Shown: piece after piece, positions 63,907-64,000 of the stretch | Numbering within the stretch: the stretch's first letter is position 1 | How the letters are laid out: each line of letters starts with the position of its first letter | Source of the DNA: the human T2T-CHM13v2.0 reference genome, Homo sapiens | DNA length: 64,000 bases | Assembly (NCBI RefSeq): GCF_009914755.1 | Contig: NC_060927.1 | Strand: one strand, 5' to 3' | Translations under genes and position numbers: made by a program | The notes under the pieces: model-generated | What the model was told of the DNA's origin: nothing | Databases searched by the model: none | What the model saw: only the letters and a program-made list of their open reading frames with translations

Positions 63907-64000
63907 TAGCCTCCCAAGTAGCTGGGACTATAGGGGCACCCACGCCCGGCTAATTTTTTGTATTTAAGTAGAGACGGGGTTTCACCGTGTTGCCCAGGCT

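Overview
This window is human (primate) genomic DNA, recognisable from its exons as the chr3p21.31 RHOA-TCTA-AMT-NICN1 cluster. Positions 1-27198 are the Alu-saturated first intron of RHOA (minus strand), and the non-coding RHOA exon 1 is at 27199-~27472. RHOA shares a CpG-island bidirectional promoter with TCTA (plus strand, 3 coding exons, 103 aa). TCTA lies tail-to-tail with AMT (minus, 9 exons, 403 aa, glycine cleavage T protein). AMT begins just downstream of NICN1 (minus, 6 exons, 213 aa), whose 3'UTR holds a closely spaced inverted Alu pair. Positions 45.1-64 kb are almost entirely Alu, L1 and ERV-LTR debris. All exon boundaries were checked by hand for GT-AG and frame. Nearly all other ORFs in the track are Alu or L1 artefacts. 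I found no wholly new gene system. The most unusual items are: (1) two tailless 5S rRNA retrocopies with TSDs bracketing the RHOA/TCTA promoter; (2) a palindromic double TATA box at the centre of that promoter; (3) phase-0 exon architecture that would allow an in-frame NICN1-AMT read-through protein lacking the mitochondrial presequence; (4) a perfect 24-bp E-box palindrome; (5) a probable very old LINE EN/RT fossil. Repeat family names are recalled from consensus sequences, not from a search.
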